Assembly: GCA_965227405.1 (NCBI GenBank) | Contig: OZ245758.1 | Location: 1,321,693-1,385,692, forward strand | Source of the DNA: Polyangiales bacterium | GTDB lineage: Bacteria; Myxococcota_A; Polyangia; Polyangiales; Houyiibacteriaceae | Direction of reading: 5' to 3' | DNA: 64,000 nucleotides | Translations under genes and position numbers: made by a program | Notes under the pieces: generated by a model | Database searches by the model: none | What the model saw: the letters and a program-made list of their open reading frames with translations, nothing else | What the model was told of the DNA's origin: nothing | Shown here: positions 36,542-47,300 of the stretch, in pieces | Numbering within the stretch: the first letter of the stretch is position 1 | Layout: each line of letters starts with the position of its first letter

Positions 36542-38221
36542 GTGAACGATCGGGAGAGTGTAGACCTGGCGTGGGAAACCGCGCTGACGCATTCCCAGCG
36601 TGCACGCGAGCTGAGTGAAGCCGCGCTCGACTCGAACGATCCGCATGCGCGCGCGTTAGCGCTTCGCAACCTCGGCTATCTCGAGATGACGTGCGGCGAC
36701 GTAGAAGCCGGAATCGCACACACCGACGAAGCACTCGCCATGCTTCAGGCGTTGGGCGACGTCCGTGGTCAAACCACAGCGCAAGACGTTCTCACGCACT
36801 TGCATCTTCAACTCGGTGCAGCCGAGGTTGCACTCGACCACGCGATCGAGGCGCGACGGCTTGCACTTCAAACCCAAGACGACGCGTTGATCGGGTGGGC
36901 GTTGCACAATCTTGGCGGCGTTCATCATCGTCTTGGTGATCTCGACGCCGCGGCACGCTGGTATGCCGACGCACTTCCACGCTTCGAAGCCGTCAGTCAC
37001 ATCGTGGGTCAGGCACGTACACACGAACGCCAAGCTGAACTGGAAACCGAACGCGAATCGTTTGAGTCTGCACGCGTCCACATGACCAAGAGCCTAGCTC
37101 TTTGGCAGCAATCAAAAGTTGAATTGGGGCTGGCGCGCGGCTCGGCAACAATGGCGCGTTTGGCGCTGGCCGAGGCGAAGTTCACAGAAGCTCTCTCGCT
37201 GACTGAACACGCACAGGCGTTGGAGTTCTCGCAGCCACACACCCGGGCGAATTTGGCGGTCACTGCAGCGAGAGCGCATCGCGGTTTGGGTCACCTCGAC
37301 GCAGCTCGCGACTGTGCGCAGTCGGCGGCTCGTGTCGCTCACGATGCCGGACTGCGCGCGTTGGAGCTGGAGGCACTCGAAGTACTGGACTCCATTCTGC
37401 AAAACCAGGGGTCTGACCGCACAGAGTTGCTCGTCACCCGCCTCCGGTTGAGCCAAGAACTCGCCCGCGAGGACGCCAAAGCGCGAGCACGAAGTCTTGC
37501 CATTGGGATGGAAGTGGCAGCGACTCGTCGCGAAGCAGAGGTCACCGAGCGGATCCTTCGCGACGTTCTTCCCGTTTCGATCGTGCAGGAGTTGAAACTG
37601 CACGGACGCGTGGAACCGAAGCAGTACCCATCCGCGACGGTCTTGTTCACAGACCTGGTGGGGTTCACTGGGATTTCTGAACGACTCACTCCAGCTGCCT
37701 TGGTGGCTGAACTCGACCGACTCTTTGGCGCGTTCGACCTGATCGCGAAGCGCTGGAAGCTAGAGAAGCTCAAGACGATCGGCGACGCGTACATGGCGGT
37801 CGCGGGTGTGCCCGACACGCGTGAGCATCATGCTCTTGCGGCGGTGCTGGCGGCGCTGCATCTGCGTGAGTGCATCGCGAACGACCAAGGTGAGGGCTGG
37901 TCAATCCGCATCGGGCTACACACCGGTCCGCTGGTCGCAGGAATCGTCGGCACGTCGAAACTTGCGTTCGACATTTGGGGCGACACGGTCAACACCGCAG
38001 CACGCATGGAATCGAGCGGATCGCCGGGACGCGTCAACGTATCCGCACAAACGCATGCACGCATTGCCAGCTACTTCGAGACCGAAGCCCGCGGCGCACA
38101 GAAGGCGAAGGGCAAAGGCGAGTTGGATATGTTCTTTGTCGACCGGCTGCGACCCGAGTGGTGCGACGACAGCCTTGGCCTCGAACCGAACGACAAGCTC
38201 CGTACCCTCCTGGGAATCTAG
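36542..38221 (+). CDS. TPR-repeat protein with C-terminal class III adenylate/guanylate cyclase domain
   Basis: TPR-like N-terminal half. Cyclase motifs VLFTDLVGFT, KTIGDAYMAVAG, GLHTGPLVAGIVG, FDIWGDTVNTAARMES. Confidence 0.85.
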   Translation: MNDRESVDLAWETALTHSQRARELSEAALDSNDPHARALALRNLGYLEMTCGDVEAGIAHTDEALAMLQALGDVRGQTTAQDVLTHLHLQLGAAEVALDHAIEARRLALQTQDDALIGWALHNLGGVHHRLGDLDAAARWYADALPRFEAVSHIVGQARTHERQAELETERESFESARVHMTKSLALWQQSKVELGLARGSATMARLALAEAKFTEALSLTEHAQALEFSQPHTRANLAVTAARAHRGLGHLDAARDCAQSAARVAHDAGLRALELEALEVLDSILQNQGSDRTELLVTRLRLSQELAREDAKARARSLAIGMEVAATRREAEVTERILRDVLPVSIVQELKLHGRVEPKQYPSATVLFTDLVGFTGISERLTPAALVAELDRLFGAFDLIAKRWKLEKLKTIGDAYMAVAGVPDTREHHALAAVLAALHLRECIANDQGEGWSIRIGLHTGPLVAGIVGTSKLAFDIWGDTVNTAARMESSGSPGRVNVSAQTHARIASYFETEARGAQKAKGKGELDMFFVDRLRPEWCDDSLGLEPNDKLRTLLGI

Positions 38222-38260
38222 CGTTCGCTCACTACGTAGTGACTCGCCCGACGAGTGAAG

Positions 38261-38782
38261 CTAGGTTTTGTCGATCGCGAACCAGAGAACGAGGCGCGGT
38301 GTCTTTCCACGCGGCGCCCACATCGCGGGTCCCAGAAAAAGACCGGGTGATACTTCGCGTAACTCGTCGCGAATCGCCCGAATGAAGAACGGGTTCTCGG
38401 GTTTGTCGTAGTCGAGGAAGATGCAGTCTTTGCCGTCGATTGCCGACGACTCGACGCGTGTATCGAAGGGGTACATGTCGCCCAAGAGCGCGACCCGATT
38501 GATCCCCTGCCCGTTGGCTGCCGACTGCGACTGGAACGATTTGCCGCCCCAGGGAAACACGGACGAACGCGCAAACGCCGCGATTCGCTCGCGCATCCCG
38601 GGACGCCCAAGCGCACCGACGACTGTGAGCATGCGACCTGGTGGCGCACCATCGAGTGCGTCGATCGTGGGAAGTGTTCCTTGACGATAGAGTGCATCGA
38701 GTTCGCGAATGCTCATCGTTGCGAGTTGGTCGGCCGTGTATCGCCGAGTGGATGATGCGGTGGTCTGAGTGGTCGTGGTCAT
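38261..38782 (-). CDS. Hypothetical protein (TetR-regulated target)
   Basis: Start MTTTTQTT with an ATGA overlap with the upstream TetR gene. Coherent 173-aa sequence with no motif I can name. Confidence 0.5.
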   Translation of the reverse strand: MTTTTQTTASSTRRYTADQLATMSIRELDALYRQGTLPTIDALDGAPPGRMLTVVGALGRPGMRERIAAFARSSVFPWGGKSFQSQSAANGQGINRVALLGDMYPFDTRVESSAIDGKDCIFLDYDKPENPFFIRAIRDELREVSPGLFLGPAMWAPRGKTPRLVLWFAIDKT

Positions 38783-39381
38783 GAGGTTCCTTGCGCGACG
38801 GCATGCCATGCGGCCGCTTCAGCATTGGCGACGAGAACGTCGGTAAGTTTCAGGTGACCCAGCCGATGTGCTTTGAAGAGCCCAAAGAAGCTGCCGAGGG
38901 TGAGCGCCATGAGCGCGGTGGGTGGCAGCGGCTTGAACGAGGCACGTGCTCGATCGGTTGCGAAGTACGCGTAGAACGGGGCGAGGGACTGTTCTTCGAG
39001 CGCGAGACTCTCGGCGTCGAGATACGCACCGTGATGATGCAATTCAAGGAACGCGAGTGCTTCGGAGTGGTCACGCGCGAACGACGCGAGTTGAAACCAA
39101 ATGTGTCGGAAGACCATGCGCGCGGGTTGGCTCAGGTCGATGCCGTCGAGCAGTGCGGTCATCAGATCGCGTTTGCACTGACGATAGAGTTCGTTGACCA
39201 AGGCCTGCTTGCTCGGAAATGAGCGGTACATCGTGCCGGCTGCAATGCCTGCTGCGTCCGCAATCGCGGGGACCGACGTGCCCACGAATCCACGTTCCAC
39301 GAAGAGCGAAAGAGCCGCGGCGAGCACGCGTTCTTTTGTGGGTGTCCTCGAGCCTTGCGAGTCTTGCGAATGAACGTTCAC
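38779..39381 (-). CDS. TetR family transcriptional regulator
   Basis: HTH RVLAAALSLFVERGFVGTSVPAIADAAGIAAGTMYRSFPSKQALV. GTG start lies inside the 10-bp palindrome TGAACGTTCA. Confidence 0.85.
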   Translation of the reverse strand: MNVHSQDSQGSRTPTKERVLAAALSLFVERGFVGTSVPAIADAAGIAAGTMYRSFPSKQALVNELYRQCKRDLMTALLDGIDLSQPARMVFRHIWFQLASFARDHSEALAFLELHHHGAYLDAESLALEEQSLAPFYAYFATDRARASFKPLPPTALMALTLGSFFGLFKAHRLGHLKLTDVLVANAEAAAWHAVAQGTS

Positions 39382-39482
39382 AACTATGTTCCTTAGTTAG
39401 CGTAGTATTCACAGGACAGCCATCATTTTATGAATGATCATTCGCATATTGACAGAACGAACGGTCGTTCTATTAATGGGGT
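39382..39482. promoter_or_regulatory. AT-rich divergent TetR/TetR intergenic region with several palindromes
   Basis: Locally low GC. AATGATCATT (39432-39441); agaacga-acgg-tcgttct; TGAACGTTCA at the left edge. Confidence 0.35.
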
Positions 39483-40067
39483 ATGCCGAAAGGCGAGCAG
39501 ACCCGTCAGGCGGTTTTGGTCCAAGCGCTCGACCTCACAAGTGAGGTTGGCCTCGAAGGGTTGTCGTTTGGCGTGCTCGCCAAAATCGCGGGCATGTCCA
39601 AGAGCGGGCTCTACGCACACTTCGATTCCAAAGAGAGTCTGCAGTGCGCGGTGCTCGACACAGCCGCACAACGCTTCGTGGATGTTGTGGTGTCGCCTGC
39701 ACTCAAAGAAGCACGCGGACTTCCACGCGTGGAAAAACTCTTCGAACGTTGGTTAGCGTGGGAGGCCGGTGAATTCAGCGGAGGATGCCCATTCATCGCT
39801 GCTGGAACGGAATTCGACGATCGCAAAGGCAAGGTTCGCACCTGCCTACTGGGCCATTTTCGCGACCTCAAAGATGCGATCGGACGCGCAACGCGAATCG
39901 CCATCGAAGAAAATCACCTCCGCGAAGACCTCGATGTCGACCAGTTCACCTACGAGTTTTGGGCGATCCTCGTCGCCCATCACCACTACCGACGACTCTT
40001 GGCCGACCCACGCGCCGATGATCGCGCTCACCGCACCTTCCGCGCCCTGGTGACTCGGTCCCAATGA
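39483..40067 (+). CDS. TetR family transcriptional regulator
   Basis: HTH QAVLVQALDLTSEVGLEGLSFGVLAKIAGMSKSGLYAHFDSKESL. Confidence 0.85.
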   Translation: MPKGEQTRQAVLVQALDLTSEVGLEGLSFGVLAKIAGMSKSGLYAHFDSKESLQCAVLDTAAQRFVDVVVSPALKEARGLPRVEKLFERWLAWEAGEFSGGCPFIAAGTEFDDRKGKVRTCLLGHFRDLKDAIGRATRIAIEENHLREDLDVDQFTYEFWAILVAHHHYRRLLADPRADDRAHRTFRALVTRSQ

Positions 40068-40094
40068 TCTCTACTCACGCGAAAAAGGAGTTCC

Positions 40095-40931
40095 GTGATG
40101 GCTAAGAAAAGCACGATCGTTCGTTCTATACAGTTCCTTGCTCCTGTAACTTCAGCGGTTTCTCCGCCTCTCGCCGGTCTGTGGCTGCAGCGGCTCTTCA
40201 CCACACCGATCCGTCACCGGGTTCCAGATCGCGAACGCGACTGGGTGCAGAGCGCACGACGGTCGAGCCTGGCGTTCAACGGCGGCTCACTCGCCATCTA
40301 CGAATGGGGCCACGGACCACGCATCTTGCTGGTCCACGGTTGGTCGGGTCGCGCCACCCAACTTGGAGCGTTTGTTCAACCTCTGGTCGAACAAGGGTTC
40401 AGCGTGTTGGCGTTCGATGCTCCCGGACACGGCGGCGCCAGTGGCTCTCGGTCCGCATTGCCTGAGTTCGCGTTCGCGATGGAACGCGTGCTCGAACGCT
40501 TCGGCGACGTTCACGGCATCATCGCGCACTCGATGGGCACTGCCGCCACCAGCTTCGTCCTGACGCGTGGCGCAAGCGCGAAGCGCCTCGCGTACATCGC
40601 CCCGCCTGAGAACCCAGGCAACTATCTCTTTCGGGCTGCGCGCTTTCTCAACTTCCCCGATAGCATTGCGCCTCGTGCACAACGTCACATCGAAGAGAAG
40701 TACGGTGTGCTCTTCGAGTCGGCTCGCGGCATTCACCTCGCTCCCCAGATCGACACACCTCTGTTGATCGTGCACGACGAGAAAGACTCCGACGTTCCCT
40801 TCGCGGAAGGACAGCGCCTCGCCGACGCGTGGCAAGGTTCGACTCTTCATCGAACGCAGGGTCTCGGGCACACGCGAATCCTTCGTGACCCCGACGTGGT
40901 CCAACGCGTGGTGGGGTTCATCGCGCAATAG
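40095..40931 (+). CDS. Alpha/beta hydrolase
   Basis: ILLVHGWSGRATQ, nucleophile elbow IAHSMGTAAT, and a C-terminal His (GLGHTRIL). Confidence 0.8.
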   Translation: MMAKKSTIVRSIQFLAPVTSAVSPPLAGLWLQRLFTTPIRHRVPDRERDWVQSARRSSLAFNGGSLAIYEWGHGPRILLVHGWSGRATQLGAFVQPLVEQGFSVLAFDAPGHGGASGSRSALPEFAFAMERVLERFGDVHGIIAHSMGTAATSFVLTRGASAKRLAYIAPPENPGNYLFRAARFLNFPDSIAPRAQRHIEEKYGVLFESARGIHLAPQIDTPLLIVHDEKDSDVPFAEGQRLADAWQGSTLHRTQGLGHTRILRDPDVVQRVVGFIAQ

Positions 40932-40976
40932 CGCCGCACAACCGGCGGGCAGCTGCCAACTGCGCTACAGTCGCGC

Positions 40977-43050
40977 AATGCGCTTGATTTCCTGGGTTTT
41001 GCCGGCTGTTTTGCTCCTAAGCTGTGACCCTGGAGCGCCAGATCCACGCTCGTTTCGCTTGAGCAACGCGTCGGTCATCGTGATCCATCCCGACGGGCAG
41101 ATCGTGTTGGAGCGGGAGGACCGAGAGTTGGTCGCGATTCCGCCCGAGCACGGACCTCAGCTTCGTCGCTACACCGAACGAACTCGTGGAGACCTGGCCA
41201 TTTGGGAGTTCATTCGCTCCGACGAATCTGCTGAAGAACTCGCCGCGCAGAACGTGCCTCGTGTGGACGAGAGCGGCGCTGTGCTGATCGACTACGCCAG
41301 CGAAAGTGCCGCAGGCAGCCTGCGCATCGAACCCGATGGAGACGATCGCACACGCTTCACGTTCACGCTTGACGTTGGCGACACGAACTCGATCGCGATT
41401 CCGTTTCGATGTGATGAAGAGGGAAGTTTTCATGGCTTCGGTGAGCAGTACAACGCCACCGACCAACGCGGAGAAGAGTTCTCTCTGTTCGTGACCGAGC
41501 AAGGCATCGGACGAACTGGCTCGCTCCCGACACTGACCGGTGACGAACACACGACCTACTTTCCAATGCCCTACTGGTTGGATGCACGTGGACACGGTGT
41601 GCTCTTTACGACCGACTACCGGGTGATCGCCGACGTGTGTGCAAATGATGCTGGGGTCGCGTGGATCGAAGTCACCCACAACGAACCCATCGAGTGGATT
41701 GTGTTTCACGGACCGAGTCCGAAGGACGTGGTTCGCCAACTCGGCGATGTCGTCGGACGTCCCGCGCCCCTACCTGACTGGGCATTTGGGCTTTGGATCG
41801 GCTCGCAAGGTGGCCAAGACGCAGTGCTCGCTGAAGTCGATGCGCTTGAAGCCGAGTCGATTCCGGTGTCTGCGTTTTGGGTTCAAGACTGGACCGGTGT
41901 GCGCATGAACTTCGGCGGAGGCTTCGGCGTTCAGTATCGCTGGGAGGTCGACACGGAGACCTATCCCGACCTGCCAGGCATGGTCGACGAGCTACACACG
42001 CGCGGCTACCGCTTCTTGGCGTACGCCAACCCGTTCATCGATCCCAACCTGCCCAACCACTTTGACGATTTAGAGGCGATGGGGCTGTTGATCGAATCGC
42101 CCACGGGAGGCGCGTACCGCTTCCCTGCTCCAATCCCCGAAGCCGCCCATCCTGATCTCACCAACCCCGCAGCACGGACCTACGTCGTCGATGCGTTGCG
42201 CGCGATGGTGCGCGACATTGGGATCGACGGTTGGATGCAAGACTTCGCGGAGTGGAATCCACTCGACGCGGTGATGTCGGACGGCTCCGATCCGATGGCG
42301 TACCACAACCGTTTTCCGATCGATTGGCAGTCGATGGCACGTGAAGCCCTCGATGCCGAACGACCTGACGGCGACTACGCGTTCTTTGGACGCAGCGGTT
42401 GGACCGGTGTGCAAGCGGTCGCTCAGATCCACTGGGCCGGTGACCAAGAAGCCACGTGGGAAGCCGAAGACGGAATCCCGACGGTTGTTCCCGCCCTGAT
42501 CAATCTGGGCCTCGCAGGACAATACAACGTGACGCATGACATCGCTGGATTCAGCGGCGGTCCCAGCACCAAAGAGCTGTTCATGCGATGGACGGAACTC
42601 GGTGCGTTTACGCCGATCATGCGCACGCACGAAGGCAACGAGCGTGACGACAACTGGTCGTGGGAAAGCGACGCCGAAACCACCGCACACTTTCGCCGCA
42701 TGACCTTGGTGCACGACCTGCTCGCACCCTTGTTCCGACGTTTGGCCGACGAAGCCCAAACCGACTCGGCACCCATTCTTCGCCACTTGATGCTCGAGTA
42801 CCCAGATGACCGCGCGACCTGGTCGATCTCCGACCAGTTCATGATCGGAGACGAGCTTCTGGTGGCACCGATCACCGAAGAAGGAAGCACCGCACGCGAG
42901 GTCTATCTACCGGCAGGAACGTGGTATCACGTGTGGACGGGAGACTCGTTCGATGGGCAGCAAACGATTTCCATCGACGCACCGATCGGTTCGCCCCCGG
43001 TGTTTTCTCGCGACGAAGACCGTACGGATCTGAGGATGGTGAGTGAATGA
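40977..43050 (+). CDS. Glycoside hydrolase family 31 (alpha-glucosidase/alpha-xylosidase-like) lipoprotein
   Basis: Start MRLISWVLPAVLLLSCD (lipobox). FWVQDWTG, GIDGWMQDFAEW and RSGWTGVQAVAQIHWAGDQEATWE match the GH31 catalytic region. Confidence 0.85.
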
Positions 43051-43502
43051 AAGTTCTGATCATTCGGCACAGCAGCGCAGTCGATCCCTACGCAGCACCG
43101 AGTGACGAACTGCGCTGGCTGACGGCTGCAGGACGTGAGCGAATGCAATCCGTCGCACAGCAAATCGGCGCGAAGGTAAACATCACCCAGATCTACACGA
43201 GCCCCTTGGTACGAGCGGTTCAAACCGCGGAGATCTTAGGACTGGGAATCGGCTACGGGGGCGAGATCGAAGTTCACGGTGCACTCGCATCGGAGTACGG
43301 CACGACCGCACAAGCGCTCTCGGTGTTGGAGAAACATGGCGACGACGAGGTCATCGCGTTGGTGAGTCACGCGCCGAAGGTACGCGTGCTGGCAGGACAC
43401 CTTTCAGGCGAGCGCAAGCTTCAAGGTTTTACGACGGCTGCGACGTGCTGCGTAGATACGAGCACGCCCAAGATCGACTGGTTCCTCGACCCAACGCGCT
43501 AA
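43047..43502 (+). CDS. sixA: Histidine phosphatase superfamily protein (SixA-like phosphohistidine phosphatase)
   Basis: MKVLIIRHSSA (RHG motif) and LVSHAP; about 150 aa. ATGA overlap with the GH31 gene. Confidence 0.7.
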   Translation: MKVLIIRHSSAVDPYAAPSDELRWLTAAGRERMQSVAQQIGAKVNITQIYTSPLVRAVQTAEILGLGIGYGGEIEVHGALASEYGTTAQALSVLEKHGDDEVIALVSHAPKVRVLAGHLSGERKLQGFTTAATCCVDTSTPKIDWFLDPTR

Positions 43503-44194
43503 ACCTCTCTTATTGCATCGAGTGCGGAATCGACGATCCCGCGAAAACGCGTCGCCACCGCCTCATAAGCCGCCGACCACGCGCGGTGGTTCTGACAACG
43601 CTCACTTTCCGCATCCGCGCACACGGTGTTTTGGTTTTCCATCGACTGACGCACGCCTCGATAGCTTTCGAGTCGCCGGTTTTCGCGTTCCAATCCTTGG
43701 GCGACATCGCCCAATAGACTCCACTGATCGGAGAAGTGGTTGAGTCGGTCGATCTCTTCCTGCGGTGTTGGCTCGGGTTCGTCTTCTGCTGCCGCGCGAT
43801 CCATGGCGATAAACCCCGCGCGCACAACCAGGAAGTCGCTGGTGTGTACGGGCAGCGTGAACGTCTCGCGATGCTCCTCGAAGAGATTCAGCAGCGACTG
43901 AACTTCATCCGCGGCGATCTCCACTTTCCGCTCGGGATCATCAGAACGCGAAGCAACGTAGCGATGATGCTCCTCTTCCCACTGAATCGCGTGCCAGCGA
44001 TCAGGGTCGTCAGGTGCACGCAGCGCATGCATCTCGATAAAGCTCACCCCGTCGATCGGGTCGGTCAACGCGGGCGCTTCCACAACGGCCTCGACAGGTG
44101 TCGCCTCGACAGTCTCCGCACCTTGGGTCGTTTCGGGTTCCTCGCTCGATGCTGCGCCACAGCCCAAGAGCACAATCCAGACAAGTCGTTTCAT
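43499..44194 (-). CDS. Hypothetical lipoprotein
   Basis: Start MKRLVWIVLLGCGAASS (lipobox), acidic 230-aa protein. Convergent with sixA, sharing a 4-bp overlap. Confidence 0.5.
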   Translation of the reverse strand: MKRLVWIVLLGCGAASSEEPETTQGAETVEATPVEAVVEAPALTDPIDGVSFIEMHALRAPDDPDRWHAIQWEEEHHRYVASRSDDPERKVEIAADEVQSLLNLFEEHRETFTLPVHTSDFLVVRAGFIAMDRAAAEDEPEPTPQEEIDRLNHFSDQWSLLGDVAQGLERENRRLESYRGVRQSMENQNTVCADAESERCQNHRAWSAAYEAVATRFRGIVDSALDAIREV

Positions 44195-44353
44195 TGCGGT
44201 CCCTTCTATCGCATGAACGCACCGACCACCGGAGTGGCGCGGAAAAACCCTTAAAAGTCTCAAAACGCCCAAGAACCTGAGCCGTCTGTGGTTCCATGCC
44301 CGGGAACATCGAGGCTGCGGGGGCCTCGATAGGACTCGGACGTAGGAGATGTC

Positions 44354-47300
44354 ATGAGGAGTCTGGTTGCGCTTTGTGCGCTGGTCGTCGCGTTTTCCGT
44401 GGCGTGTGGAGGCGGATCCGGTGAACCGCTTCCCGCGGGAACCGTTGCTCTGGTCGAAACGATTCGCGGCGAAGGAAACGCACAGCGCATTGCGTCAGGC
44501 TCGACGATTGAAATCGCCGGCTTGTCTCGCGTGATGCTCGACACAGGTCCGCGCCTTTTGGTTCGGGACGGCTCGTTCCAGATCACCGAAGACGGAACGA
44601 TCGAGTTGAACGGCACCGCATTCGTCGAAGTTCATCCGGGCGACGTGTTGAACCTCAAGGTGGGAGACCTCGAGCTGAGCGCCCGCGACGCTGGCTTCTC
44701 CATCGAAGACGGTTCGGTGTACGTCGTCGCAGGCGAAGTTCGCTTTGATGGCGCGCAAAGCGGCACCGTCCACGCCGGCGAACGCTTGCGTGATGGACGC
44801 GCCGTTCCGGAACCACTGTGGGACGACTGGACTGGGGGATTGGCGCGTCCCGGTCCTGGACTCGATTCCCGCAACGCCATCGGTTCTCTCTACGCGCGTG
44901 TTCCCGACGCAACCGGACAGGCTCGCTGGCCCCTCGTGATGCGCCGCTTGGATGTCCGCACACGCGTCGTCGACGACCTCGCGATTACCGAAGTCGAGCA
45001 GGTCTTCTTCAATCCGGCGAGCGAGCGCGTCGAGGGCATGTACCGAATCCACGTCCCCAACTCGGCGGTGCTGCAACGCTTCGCGGTCGATCGTGACGGA
45101 ACACTGGTCGATGGCTTTGTTCGCGAGAAGCGCCAAGCCGAAGCCGCGTACGAAGCCCAGGTTTACCAAGGCTCTACACTGGATCCTGCATTGCTGGAAT
45201 GGGTGTCCGCGGGTCAATACCAAGCACGCATCTATCCCATCGAACCCGGCGCCACGCGTCGCATCGTCGTTCGCTACGCCGAATGGCTCGAGCGCAACGC
45301 CGCAGGCAATCGCATGTACCGCTTTCCCATGGCCGGCGGTGCGAACGCTCCGATGTTGCAAGAACTCGCGTTCGAAGCGGACTTGAGCGGCGCGGGAATC
45401 AAGGAAGTCTCAAGCGGTTTCGAAGCGGAAGCCGATGGACAGATCGTGCGCATGCGCCGAAGCGACTTCCGACCGCGTAGCGACCTCTATCTGGAGTTGG
45501 TCGACGCGGAATCAAGCGATGCACAAACCGCATGGCGCGCCGAACATGTCGCGCCGGTTCGCGATCCACGCGCAGGTGCGATGCCCGACGAAGACGAACT
45601 CGACTATCTCTACGTGCCGCTCGTGCTGCCCGACGAACTCTTCGGTGAAGCAAACGGCGGTCTCGACGTCGTGATCGTCGCGGACGTGTCGGCGGCAACC
45701 GAACGCTCGCACCTGGAACTTGGGCGCACCGTGGTGGAGTCGATCACGGCGCACCTTGGCGACAATGATCGCGTGGCGATCGTCGCCAGTGACGTCGCAC
45801 TCCGACACTTGGAAAGTGATGGCGGGCTTGGTCCTGCATCCACAGAACGAGTGGAGTCGCTTTTGGACGCCCTCGCTCGCGTGCCCTCCGGTGGTGCGAG
45901 CGACCTGGGTGCAGCTCTCGCCGACGCGTCGGCGCTGTTGGATCCCGCCCGCAACGGCGTGGTGATCTACGTGGGTGATGCCGCGCCGACCGTGGGTGAA
46001 CTCGGGGCCGAAGCACTCTTGCAACGCGTCGCGCGACTTCCTCAACCCCTGCGGGCGTACGGTGTCGCGGTCGGCTCGGATGCGCACTTGGACTTGCTCG
46101 ATGCGGTGACGCGCGGCGGTGGGTTAGCACTGCGTGTTGAAACGCGATCGGCGGCTGCCGAAGCAGCGCTGGAGATTCTTGCGCACGCACAACGTCCCGC
46201 CGCCCACCGGGTGAGTGTGGTGCTCGAAGGCGCCGAGCAGGTGTTTCCACGCGGAACCGCAGACGTTGTTCAAGGTGCGGTGCTGCCGGTGGTGGGTCGC
46301 ATCGAAGACGACCTTCCCGTCAAGGTGAAGGTCACCGGATTGATCGGCGGACAGGAGTTCGAGCAAGAGATTTCGCTGGAGCACCAAACGATCGAAGACG
46401 AAGGTGATCTGCGTTTGCGCTGGGCCGCGCAACGACTTCATCAGTTGCTGCTGAGTGGCGGCACACGCGAAGAGATCGCCGACCTTGGTGTGCGCTACGG
46501 AATCATCACTCCGTTCACGAGCTTCTACGTTCCCTCCGCAGCGGAACTGAGCGCGATGGGCAGTGCTGCGCATGAGCTGCAGCGTCGGCCGCCTGGGTTC
46601 GAAGAAGATTCGATCGGGCGTTTGGCGCTCTTGCCGACGCAAGCGTTGTTGGCGATGCCGGGATGTTCGGAAGGGGAACCACTCGCAAGCGCATCGGGAG
46701 AAGCAGCAAGCCAGCCCAATAGCGAAGTGGAGCTCGCGCCCGAAGAGCCTTTGGATCAGGCCGACATTCCGGCTGAAGACGACGACCCGGCGCGCGTGCT
46801 GGCGGAGCTGGTCGAGCAAGCCCAACAGCTACAACGGCAACAAGGCGAGTCGGACAACCGTGCGTCGAGCCGGACCCAACCCTCCAACGATCCCGCGCCG
46901 GTTCAAGCGGTACCCACCGAGACTCCAGAGCCGGCTGCCGCTCAACCGAGTTACGAACCCGAGCCCGAAACCACGACGGCTGATGGTGCATTCGGTTCGG
47001 GTGGACTTGGACTTCGTGGCGAACGCCGACGCCGACCGCGCGGAGGCGGCGGCGAAGGTCTCGGCGATGTTGACGATGTTCTCGCAGGAGCAACGTCGAT
47101 GCGCGAAGCCGCTCCGGGCCGTTACGCGATCACTCGCACCGAAGAGGAGAGTGAAGCGAACGAAGAGCTCCGAATCCCCTACTCCACATCCTCCTTCGAC
47201 GCCGACGAGCAGGAACGCGAAGCCGCTGTCGCTGCGACCGGCGCCGAAAACGCACCCGCAGTCGCGCGTAACAGCGGCGTTCTCGGAGCGCTCGACAGCT

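Noticed and set aside
36515-36669. Using the upstream ATG (36669) as the Ser/Thr kinase start
   Set aside because: It would add about 50 non-kinase residues and overlap the divergent cyclase gene by about 125 bp. The in-frame GTG at 36514 with an upstream GGAGG is more plausible, but it is unverified.
45512-46087. Several minus-strand ORFs (45512..46087, 46124..46825, 49588..50571, 53204..53977) inside the VIT-VWA and kinase genes
   Set aside because: All are antisense to long reading frames with recognisable VIT/VWA/kinase motifs, and they have biased Arg/His/Gly composition.
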